Positions 49,804 to 59,497 of a DNA stretch of 64,000 nt are shown here, piece after piece. A program made the translations under genes and the position numbers. The notes beneath the pieces are model-generated. The model did no database searches and was not told the DNA's origin. It saw only the letters and a program-made list of their open reading frames with translations. The DNA is from Rebecca billardiae RCC1528 (Eukaryota; Protista; Haptophyta): positions 1,178,001-1,242,000 of the forward strand of contig OZ251245.1 of assembly GCA_965240325.2 (NCBI GenBank), given 5' to 3'. Positions within the stretch are counted from its first letter, which is position 1. Every line of letters starts with the position of its first letter.

Positions 49804-51997
49804 AATTCTATGATTTAAAGACACAGGCACGAGGGCGCAGCTCTCCTGATTCGTCTGTCGAAGTACTGAATGGAGTTAATGGAGGATGTCGCTGGAGCGC
49901 GTTGGCCGCGGGTGAGGGAGTCGTCGTAACCGATGCTGATCACACGGTCACTGAGGTAGTAGGCGCCCGGGGATGCCGCTGTTTTGCAGTCGTCGTCGGC
50001 CTTGGTCATCATGTAGTTGCCCGCGTCGTCGTCGTCCGAGGCTGTTCAAGTTGATGCCGTAGTGCGGGTAGTGGATGTGGTCGCCCGGGCCGGTGTGCGC
50101 GGCCTAGTGGCCTTGCCGAGTTGAGGGAGTAGTCGCCCTTGCCGTTGAGGAAGTCGTCGTCCTTGCCGTTGAGGAAGTCGTCGCCCTGGCCGCAGAGGAA
50201 GTCGTCGCCCTTGCCGTTGAGGAAGTCGTCGTCCTGGCCGCTGAGGGTGCCTGCGCTGCCCAACCGGGCGCGTCTGGCGCGCCAGCGCCGCGCGCGGCTC
50301 TACGCCAGTGACGGCGGCACGGCGGCAGCCAGGTCACGGGGGGGGTCGGCGAGGGACGCGGTGCGAGCCTGCTTGGCCGGCTTGGCGTCGCTCCCGCCAG
50401 CGGAGGAGGGCCCATCCTCCTCCGCCGGCGTGGACGGCTCGGTCGCCGCGCGCTTGCCGGCTGCCGCGGCGCCGGGGGGCAGGACCAGGCGGTAGTTGGA
50501 CTCCCCGAGCGCCGGCCTGGCCTGTTGCACCTCGGGCCCGTCCGACGGCGCGGCCGCGGTTGGCGGCTGGGGTGGCGGGATGGCATCGTCGGAACCCTCC
50601 CCCTCGGGCTCCTCCGCCTCCGGGCCGGCGGGGTCCGCCGCCTGTTGGTCGGCCGGCTGAGGAGCAGGGCGGCGCGCAGCGGCGGGCGGCGCGGGCGGCA
50701 CAGGCGGCGCGGGCGGCACGCCCCACAGGTTGTGTGGGACGCGGGCGGCGCCGGCGATGCGGCGGCTCGGCTTGAGCGGCGCGAAGAAGATGGGGTGCTC
50801 GGGGTCGATGGGCATGAAACGGAGGCGGAGGAAGATCAGGTTCACACCGCCGGAGTAGATGTTGGTCTCGACGTGCTCACCGTTGGTCACGTACTTGTTG
50901 ATGTCGGGCACGATCTGCTCGTAGAGGGCCCTGTGGAACTGCACGAGCGTCATCGTGGGGCTAACCGGGAGCGTGAGGGACACGTCCTTCGCCTGGGTTG
51001 CGAGGTCGGCCGCCGACAGCGCGAGCATCTCCTGCGTGTGCTCCGTGGTGCACGCCGTGAAAATGTTCGGCATGCACAGGCTGGTGGCCAGGCGGCGGCA
51101 GATGGCCATGTTCTCGAGCACCGATCCGGTGAAGGAGAAAACGTGCTTATTGCCTTTGGGGTCCTGGGTGAGTCCTGCGAGCAGTCGCCCGCCTTGCGAG
51201 TTGGGCGCCACGTCGCTCAGGCAGCGCGCGCTCAGCTTGATCATCGTCGTGCACATCTGCAGGCCCGCATCCCGCCTGGCGGTGGGGGTGCTCGGCCGTT
51301 CCAGCTGCAGCCCGCGCTCGTAGTTGCTGGAAGAGGGGAAGAAGGTCAAGGCGCTCCTGCTGTTGAGACGGTCGCGGAACACGCCGTACTCGTAAGGGGG
51401 CATGGTAGCCGGTGTGGCGGGCGCGGGGCTGCGGAGGGGGGGGGGGGGGGGGGGGCGGGTGCGGGCACTGCGGTGCGAGCGAGGTCGGTGCTGGTGCCAA
51501 AGGCATTTCGGCGCGCGGGGTTGAAATCAAATTTCAAAACCCAGGTCCGGAGTGGCCCCGCCGGTCCCCCGGACCACGGCGGCCCGTCGTGCGTTTCGGG
51601 GGGAGAGGGGTTTGTCGCGAAACGGGCAGGATGGGGAAGGGGGGGGGGGGGGGCTCGCGGCCGCCGCGGGGAGGCCGGGACGGGCGCGGTCTCCACCTGA
51701 GGGCCGGGCGCTGCTCAGGAAGGAGGGCGGCCCACACTCCGCGTGTCGCTCCCCAGTGCCTCCGCACTTCGCCGTCGTGTCGGGATGAGCATGCGCTTGG
51801 CGTCCGCACCGGGCCAGTCCTTGCATGGTCAGCAAGCAGGCGGGGGGGGGGGCGTGCGTGTGCAAGCGCGGGTGGATATGTCGTGTCTGCGATATGCGGA
51901 GTGTTGGATGCGGGTTGCGCCGGTGCCCCAGGGCACCGGTGAGTGTGTAGCTGTTTCGGGCACGCCTCGCGAACGCGAGGCGCTGGAAGACATGGCC
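49804..51997. mobile_element. Unclassified 2.2-kb element, copy 1
   Basis: Near-identical to 59498-61711 with the same ends AATTCTATG... and ...CATGGCC; unrelated flanks. Confidence 0.85.
50300..51403 (-). CDS. Element-encoded unknown protein (367 aa; globular N-terminal region, Pro/Ala-rich tail)
   Basis: Complex, coding-like ORF kept open in both copies. Confidence 0.75.
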   Translation of the reverse strand: MPPYEYGVFRDRLNSRSALTFFPSSSNYERGLQLERPSTPTARRDAGLQMCTTMIKLSARCLSDVAPNSQGGRLLAGLTQDPKGNKHVFSFTGSVLENMAICRRLATSLCMPNIFTACTTEHTQEMLALSAADLATQAKDVSLTLPVSPTMTLVQFHRALYEQIVPDINKYVTNGEHVETNIYSGGVNLIFLRLRFMPIDPEHPIFFAPLKPSRRIAGAARVPHNLWGVPPAPPVPPAPPAAARRPAPQPADQQAADPAGPEAEEPEGEGSDDAIPPPQPPTAAAPSDGPEVQQARPALGESNYRLVLPPGAAAAGKRAATEPSTPAEEDGPSSAGGSDAKPAKQARTASLADPPRDLAAAVPPSLA

Positions 51998-52357
51998 GAG
52001 GGAGGACCGCCTGGCTGGTCCCCAGCTGGTCCCCAGCGGGACTGAAAAAAAAAATCCAAAGCCTCGGGAAGTTCTTGGTGAGACCAGCCTGTATGACACT
52101 GGCGGCCGCCGCGCGCCGCCCGGGGCCGCGGCGCAGCGCAAATAATATAGTCGGTCAGGGCGCCCGGCCACCCCTTGGCCTTGGGCCCTCGTCCGGTCTC
52201 TTGCGCGCTGACGTGTGACGAAGACCGCGTTGATACGGCCTTCCCCGACTCCACATCCACCGCATCAGCATCATCGCCGTCCTTGCCGCCACTGCCGATG
52301 CTGCGCCAGCGCGTGTGGCGGGCACGGGCGGCGGGGTTCAGACAGCTGGCAGGGTGC

Positions 52358-52864
52358 TCAGATCATCTCCCGTGGCCGAGCTGGCTGAGGCCGCGCGCCA
52401 GGCCCGTCGTCGCGCTCGTCATCCAGGTCGGCGGCCGCGTCGTTGGGCCTGCCGTGCTGCTCGGTCTGCTCGGTGCGGTCCGACCTCACCCGCATGTAGT
52501 AGAAGCCACCGATGATCGCGCAGACGAGCACGATCGGTCCGGCGTCGCGCAGCGTGCGGTCGACCGACTCGTCGGTGCCAAAGCGGTCGTGCAGGATGCA
52601 GCACGGGTAGAGGAGGTACACGCAGTACAGCAGCAGCGCGGCCACGATCATCAGCTGGATCGCGACTGAGTTCACAATGTTGTTTTGCAGCAACCGCAGG
52701 TTGCGGAAGAGCCAGTTGATCGAGTGGAAGAACTGGTTGAACACATTCACGATGCCGGTGAAGCTCTGCAGCTGGCCGAGCCCCGGGATGCCCTGCGGGG
52801 CGGCGCCGCCACCGCCGCCACCCGTCGGGAGGCGCATGCCGCCCGGCAGCCGCATGCCCTGCAT
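52358..52864 (-). CDS. Small membrane protein (168 aa, about 2 TM), unknown function
   Basis: Hydrophobic segments VAIQLMIVAALLLYCVYLLY and IVLVCAIIGGFYY; coding-type codon usage. Confidence 0.75.
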   Translation of the reverse strand: MQGMRLPGGMRLPTGGGGGGAAPQGIPGLGQLQSFTGIVNVFNQFFHSINWLFRNLRLLQNNIVNSVAIQLMIVAALLLYCVYLLYPCCILHDRFGTDESVDRTLRDAGPIVLVCAIIGGFYYMRVRSDRTEQTEQHGRPNDAAADLDDERDDGPGARPQPARPREMI

Positions 52865-52937
52865 GCTGGCACCGGCTCGGTCTTGATCAAGCCGCGCGGC
52901 TGGACAACCGGAGTGCCGGACGGCTTCGAGTGTTCAT

Positions 52938-53928
52938 GATAAGCCCATTTCACGTAACCAACCTCCAATAGCTGGCGGGAGTCTGAACTACAAACAATTC
53001 TGTCCGAGCCGAGAGGAGTTTGGGGGGAGGGCCGGGGCGGTGAGCCGCGTTGCCAGCCGCTCGGTGGCGCCGCCGCCGAGGTCGTCTCCGCGTCACACAT
53101 CGACGTGCGTCGGTGTGATGTGTCTCATCGGGCGTGTGTGAGTACTTGCAGGGGCCCTGCATTCCTTGAAGGCTCGGCATCGCACCCCTCCGAGTGTGCA
53201 CGCTCGTCAACGCCGTGCCGTGCGACTGCTGCGCGTGTGGGCTTACACGCCGGCAATGTAGGCGAGACGAGCGGGGCTGAGCGCCAAGAGATGGGCGCTT
53301 CCACGCGGGAGTAGTCTGGTGCGAGGCCCCCGATCCCTCGCGCATCGGCTCGAAGCGCGCCTGGAGCTGAAGTAGCGAGTCTGTCCGCTGCCAACGCGAT
53401 GGCCACACCATCGTCCAAATCGCAGAAACACGTCGTTCTGAGGTGTTTTAGCTCAGCTTGGGATGGGGGAGACAAGACTGTGCAGGAGAGTGCCCAGTGC
53501 TTCAGGCGCGCTTCGAGCCGATGCGCGAGGGATCGGGGGCCTCGCACCAGACTACTCCCGCGTGGAAGCGCCCATCTCTTGGCGCTCAGCCCCGCTCGTC
53601 TCGCCTACATTGCCGGCGTGTAAGCCCACACGCGCAGCAGTCGCACGGCACGGCGTTGACGAGCGTGCACACTCGGAGGGGTGCGATACCGAGCCTTCAA
53701 GGAATGCAGGGCCCCTGCAAGTACTCACACACGCTCGATGAGACACATCACACCGACGCACGTCGATGTGTGACGCGGAGACGACCTCGGCGGCGGCGCC
53801 ACCGAGCGGCTGGCAACGCGGCTCACCGCCCCGGCCCTCCCCCCAAACTCCTCTCGGCTCGGACAGAATTGTTTGTAGTTCAGACTCCCGCCAGCTATTG
53901 GAGGTTGGTTACGTGAAATGGGCTTATC
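52938..53928. repeat. ~1-kb palindrome (430-bp arms, 131-bp spacer), foldback/MITE-like
   Basis: 52938-53367 is the reverse complement of 53499-53928 with only a few mismatches. Confidence 0.97.
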
Positions 53929-53993
53929 GGGCCACGCCACGCCGCTTTTCTCCATTTCCCCCACTGCGGGAACCGGCACGTCCAAAAGCTATC

Positions 53994-55034
53994 ATGCGGC
54001 GCTCGCTGCCCCTCGCGCTGGCGCTCGCCGCGTCGGCGGCGGCGGGCGAGGACGGCGGCGGCGGCGGCGCGGCGTACCCCCTGCTCCAGTGGGCCCCTCC
54101 GGAAATCTCCTTCTTCGCCGGGCACGTGGACGACGGCGCGGGCGGCGCGACGCGGTCGTTCATGCACGCCGTCTTCAAGGTGGGCCCGCGCGACGTGCTC
54201 TCGCCCAACATCACGGGGTTCGCGCTGCTGCGGCTGGACGACGGGCCGTGGATCCCGGCGCCGCCGCTCATGTTCGAGCGCCACCTCACGCGCGACCCGG
54301 ACGGCACGGGCTACCAGATGTGGAACGCGTACTACCAGGCGCTGCGGCCGCCGACCGTGCGCGCGGGCAGCGGCGGCGCGCTCACGGTGAACCCGCTGCC
54401 GCGCGAGATCTGCGTGAAGGTGCGGATGGTGGACCTGAGCACGGGCGAGAGCAACCGCCTCGACCCCGCCTGCGCCCCCTTCGCCACGCACTCCTTGCGC
54501 GCGCGCGCCGACGCGCCGATGCGGGCCGAGATCTCAAGCCAGTACTCGGCAGCGACGGCCCTCTGCTCGAAGGAGCTGCAGCTGTGCCGCGTGAACGTGC
54601 ACCTGGTGGTGTGGTCCACGGCGAGCGCGGACCCGCTCGACCCGGTGCGCGCGGGCGCCGCCTTCAGCTTCGACGGCGGGCCCTGGCACGAGGGCGTCGC
54701 GATGTACGAGCAGCACTTTGACCCGAGGCCGGCGCCGTCGACGGCGGCCGCGCTCGGCACCGCCGACGGCGGCGGCGGCGGCGGCGGCGAGATGGGGGCG
54801 GCGGTGGCGGAGCGCGTGGGCGTGCAGCCGCTGAGCCACGCGATGCAGGCCGACTGGGACGAGGTGCTCCCGTACCGCTCCGCCGCCAACCGGCTGCCCA
54901 GCCGCGTGTGCTACCGCGTGCGCTTCGAGGACGCGCGCGACCTGAGCACCGCCTCGCTCGACGGCTGCATGGCCGTGTGCCACTCGCTGCACGAGTTTGC
55001 CACGCCGTACTGCCCCGAGCTGCACGGGGGGTGA
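53994..55034 (+). CDS. Secreted protein of unknown family with an internally duplicated beta-rich domain
   Basis: Signal peptide MRRSLPLALALAASAAA; repeats LRLDDGPW..LPREICVKVRM and FSFDGGPW..LPSRVCYRVRF. Confidence 0.8.
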   Translation: MRRSLPLALALAASAAAGEDGGGGGAAYPLLQWAPPEISFFAGHVDDGAGGATRSFMHAVFKVGPRDVLSPNITGFALLRLDDGPWIPAPPLMFERHLTRDPDGTGYQMWNAYYQALRPPTVRAGSGGALTVNPLPREICVKVRMVDLSTGESNRLDPACAPFATHSLRARADAPMRAEISSQYSAATALCSKELQLCRVNVHLVVWSTASADPLDPVRAGAAFSFDGGPWHEGVAMYEQHFDPRPAPSTAAALGTADGGGGGGGEMGAAVAERVGVQPLSHAMQADWDEVLPYRSAANRLPSRVCYRVRFEDARDLSTASLDGCMAVCHSLHEFATPYCPELHGG

Positions 55035-55524
55035 GCGGGGCCGCGGCGCGCGGGCTGGCGCGCGCCGGGAGAGGCGGCGGCGGACGGGCCGCCCAGGCCT
55101 CAGCCACTCGTCGCAGATAATCGCCGCGCCGAGTCGTACCGTAGTACGTACCGTGAATGTTACGATCGACCGACACGGAGACCGTAGTCCGTACTCGCGC
55201 GCGGTACGGTCACTACTCACTACGGACTACCGGACTTAGGACGAGTCTTCAACTAGCAGCGCCTCTGACTACAACTAGCAGCCATGCACGCCTGCTAGCT
55301 AGCGCTGGTTCCGTACTGTGTAAGTCTACTGAGCGCACGGACGGGCGGCGCCGCGCTGCGCCGGCGGAGTCCGACGCATCATCATCGATCATCGATCGTC
55401 CGCGCGTGATACGCCGTCGGTGGCGCGGGCTCCGGCCCCGGCCGACCGGGGTCCGGGCTCGTGCATGAACGTGAGCTCGTACAGTAGCTACGTCACGACT
55501 GCTAGTCACTACCGGTGACCGAGC

Positions 55525-58500
55525 TCAGCTTAGGTATGTCAGCAGCCGCCGAATCGTCTCGAAGCCCGATTGGCTCTTGTCCACACAGAAGTCCAGACCG
55601 GCCGCCTCAAACTCAGCGCGCTCGGCGGAGCCGGCGGGATCGCCTGGTGACGAAGCAGCAGCAGGGTGCGCCCGGCGGGGGAGGCGGGCGCGTAAGCGCG
55701 GGGCGGCGCGGGGTGATGAGCCGCGGCGCACAGCACTGTCGGCACGCCGGCACGCCGGCGCGGCAGCAGAACGCGCGCACGCACGCGGGCTCGGCGCGTG
55801 CCTCGGCGCCGCGCACCTGTCATCCCGACGATCCGGCCGGTGTACCCGCGGCGGCGCAGCTCGCGCGTGGCCTCCGTGCCGCCCATCACGGGCATCTGCG
55901 GCCGCGCAGTCGCAGAGGTGAGAGGGCGGGGGCGAAGGAGGAGGGGGCGGTGAGCGCGCGGCGCGGCGCGCATCGGCGGAGGGCGCGCGCTGGGGTGCGT
56001 ACGCTCGCCCTGCCGCGTGCTCACCTGGTTGTCCATCACGATCAAGCCCCAGCGCTCCGGCGCCGCCATCACGGTCGCCACCGCCTCCGCCCCGTCGGCC
56101 GCGTGCGCGTACGGCAGTGCCGCGCGCTTGAGCAGCCGCAGCTCGAGGGCGCAGCGCAGCAGGCGGTCGTCGTCGACGTGGAGCACGGCGTTGCGCGCGG
56201 TGCTGGCGGCGGCGCTGCTGCTCGGACGGGCCGGGGCGCTGCGCTGCGGCGCGCACGAGCGCACGCGCGTGAGGGCGGGCGGACGGGAGGCCTGGACAGA
56301 CGCTGCAGCTGCAGCGGGCGACTCGTCGCGCTCGTCCGAGCGACGCCGCGGCGCGAGCACGCTGCGCCGTGAGCTGCGCGCTGAGTCGCTCTCCGAGGGC
56401 GAGGGCGGCGTGTCCACGCACCGCCTCGCCGCGTCGAAGCGCGGGGGCGGGGGCGTGTCCACGGCTGCCCCGCCGCCGTGCGCTGGCTCGGGCTGGCACC
56501 GCGCGAGCGGCCGCTGCCCGGCGGCCCAGGGCCGCGGCAGCGACGCTGCCGCTGCCGCTGCTGCGTGCAGCGGCGAGGCGAGCGGCTCCGCCTCGTCGTC
56601 AGAGCAGTGGTCAGAGGCGCCAGAGCCCTCCGCCTGCGCGCCGCCACTGCCGGACGACGAGTCCATCTCGACCCACCAGCGGCTGGCCGGCGGGGAGTCG
56701 GCGCCGCCGTCGCGCAGCGCGCGCGCGCCCTCGGCGAGCCCGCCGCGGTGGCGGCCCTTGTCTGCGCGCGCCGCGCTCGCGCGCGCCTCGGCCGGCGGCG
56801 GCGGCGGCGGCGTGCCTCGGCGTGCGCTGAGCGAGCGTGCGCTGAAAAGTGGCGAGTGGTCGCTGCTGCTGCCGCTGCCGCCGCGCCCGATGGGCGGCGT
56901 GCGCGGCGCGTCCGTCCCAGCCGCGCTCGCGCTCGCGCGCCCCGCATCGCACGCGCCGCACGGCTCGCGCTCGGCCGCAGCGGTGCCGCCCACGCCCCGC
57001 CGGGCTGGCGGCGGCGTCGGCGCGGCCGCCGCCCACGCCGGCGCGCGCCGCGCGGGCGGCGACGGCGGTTTCGGCGGCGCCGCCGCCCACGCCGGCGCGC
57101 GCCGCGCGGGCGGCGTGGACGCGCACGCGCGCGCGCCGGCGGCGGCGTCGGGCGCGCCCACGCCGTGCTGGAAGCGCGCGCGCTGCCGCGGCGACACCTC
57201 TCGGCTGCCGGGGCCGCACGGCCGCGCCCTCGCGACGGCGACGACGTGAGGCGGCGGCGCGGCGCGCGCGCGCATCGGCTGCGTGCGCACCGCACCGCCG
57301 CTGCCTGCCGAGTCCGAGGCCGAGGCCTCGGCCTCGAGCTGCGGCGGGGCCGGCGCGGCGCAGCGCAGCGTGAGCTCGAACACAGCGCCCCGCCCGATCC
57401 CCTCGGAGCGCAGGCTGAAGCCCGCGCCCTCGTGCAGTGCGACGATCCTTCTGACCACGGCCAGACCGACTCCCGCGCCGCCGCGGCCGCCCATCTGCCC
57501 CGCGGCCACGCCCGCCTCGAAGGGCTCGCCCTCCGCGTGCGCGCGCAGCTGCTCGGCGCTGAGGCCTGGCCCCGCGTCGGTGACCGCGACGCGCACGCGC
57601 CACGCGCCGTCCTCCGCGCGCTCCGCCTCCGCCGCCTCCACCGTCACCGTCGCGCCCGGCTCTGAGTGCTTGAGGGCGTTGCTCACGCCGTGGCCGAGCG
57701 CCTGCTGCAGACGGCGCCGGTCGCCGTCGATCGCGGCGCCCGCGCCCGCGCAGCACGCGGGCAGCGGGCGCACGAGCAGCCCGATCCGCTTGGCCAGCGC
57801 GATGGGCGCGTGCGCCTCGACCGCGCCGTGCACGAGCTCGGCGAGGCCGAAGCGGCCGCGCGCGAGCGCAACGCCCGGGGCCTCAAGGATCTGCAGCTGC
57901 AGCACGTCACACAGCACCGCGTCCGCGAGTCTGCACGCGGAGTCGAGCGCGTCCAGCCGTGCGGAGAGCGCCTCGGCCTCGGCCTCGGCCTCGGCCTCGC
58001 GCGCGCGCTCGGGCGTGGGCGCGGCTGCGCGCTCGGAGCGCGGCGAGGCGTCGCCGGTCGAGCGCGTGGGGCGGCGCTGTGCGCATCCGGCCGCACACAG
58101 CCGGAGCCTGCCGTCGTCATGCGCGTCTTGCAGCCAGCCGACGAGCGCGCTGACGGTGAGGAGAGGGGTGCGCAGGTCGTGGCTGAGTGTGCGCACGAGC
58201 CGCGAGCGCGCGCTCACGGCCGCCTCGCGCGCGCGCGCCTCGGCCGCGCCCTCGGCCTCGGCGCGCGCGCGCTCGGCATGCTCGAGCACGCGAGCATGCG
58301 CGCGCAGCTGCGCGCGCAGCGCGCCGAGACGCGCGCGGCAGAGGAGCGCGAGGGCGCACGCCGCGCAGAGCTGGAGCGTGCTGGAGACGCGCGTCTCGAT
58401 CGGGAGCTTCGCGTCCGCGTGCCAGGCCGCGGCCAGCGTCGAGGCGAGCGCAGGCGCCAGCGGGTCGGCGCGGAGCGCGCGCGACGGGAGCAGCAGCAGC

Positions 58501-59030
58501 AGCAGAGGCATGCCCACGCGCGCGGCCGCAACGGCGACGGAGGACGTCGCCGGGTGGGTCTCGGCGCGGAGGCTGCGCGTGAGGACGCCCGAGCCGAGCC
58601 AGCGCACCGCCGCCGCGGGGAGGCACAGAGCCGCGCTGAGGAGCGTGCCGCGCGCGTGCCGCGCGCTCGGCCGCGTGCGCTGGCTGAGCAGGCCGATGCA
58701 CGCCGCACCGCCCGATGCGGCGAGCAAGGGCGCGGCCTGTGGATCGGGCGCGGACTCGTTGAGGACGAGTGTGCCCACCGCGCCAAGCGCGAACGCCAGC
58801 GCCACCAGCGGCCCTGCTTCCTCCTCCTCGTCCATGCCGCGAGCGCTGTCGCGACGAGTTGGCGCCGGCTTTGCGCCGAGCGGCGGCGCGTCGGCAGTGG
58901 ATCCGACTTCGTTGGGGTCGACGAGGGCCGCCTGCGACGCGTCGAGCTCGGCGTGCGCGCTCGGGCCGCGTGCGCCGGGGAGCGGCCGTCGCTCTCGGTG
59001 TTGCCTCCCTTTGCGTGCTGTGGAGCCCAT
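55525..59030 (-). CDS. Membrane hybrid histidine kinase (HisKA, HATPase_c, REC); introns 55896-56024, 55644-55816
   Basis: H box LSHDLRTPL, N box SNALKH, G1 VTDAGPG, G2 GAGVGLAVVRRIV, receiver VLHVDDD..VMDNQ|MPVMGG..VDK. Confidence 0.93.
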
Positions 59031-59497
59031 CGGTCGGGGTTGGGAGGGGTGTCGTTGCTGGTGGTTCGCCGTGAAGGTGTGACGCGTCGTCAAAAAATGT
59101 GGCTACGGGGGGTACGGTTAAATATTGTGGTTATCCTCTCGTCTACGCATAGGAGTAGCGCGGGTACTAAATAGCCTGAATCGTTTTGCCCGAAATTTGG
59201 CGCAATAAGTTCGTCGACTTGCCGCCGCCTTTAAGACATGTGGTGTGGAATCGTTCAGTGATTGATACAGTGGAAGCCCGAGAGTACAAATGCGCCCTCG
59301 ATGGGAGTAATTTGCTGGTTGAGATCAATATCGTATGGGCAAGAATCGGGAAGCTCATTACTATCATATACAAGTTTGGGGGCTGGTTATTAGTATCTCG
59401 GGCGGCTGAATCATCATACCCAGCTCAAAGTCATAATGATAGACCCAAGGGAGATACAGCTATCTCCAGAGCTACCTTGATAGACCTCACACAGACC

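Larger units (their letters stand above)
48700..52091. mobile_element. TA-targeting TIR element (Tc1/mariner/pogo-like ends), non-autonomous, with nested 2.2-kb insert
   Basis: Perfect 29-bp TIR CAGGCTGGTCTCACCAAGAACTTCCCGAG, TA on both sides. Confidence 0.88.

Noticed and set aside
51780-51997. HDV-like or hammerhead ribozyme at the element end (minus strand starts GGCCAUG)
   Set aside because: Could not build a full P1-P4 pseudoknot, a candidate stem is broken in copy 2, and there is no CUGAnGA core.
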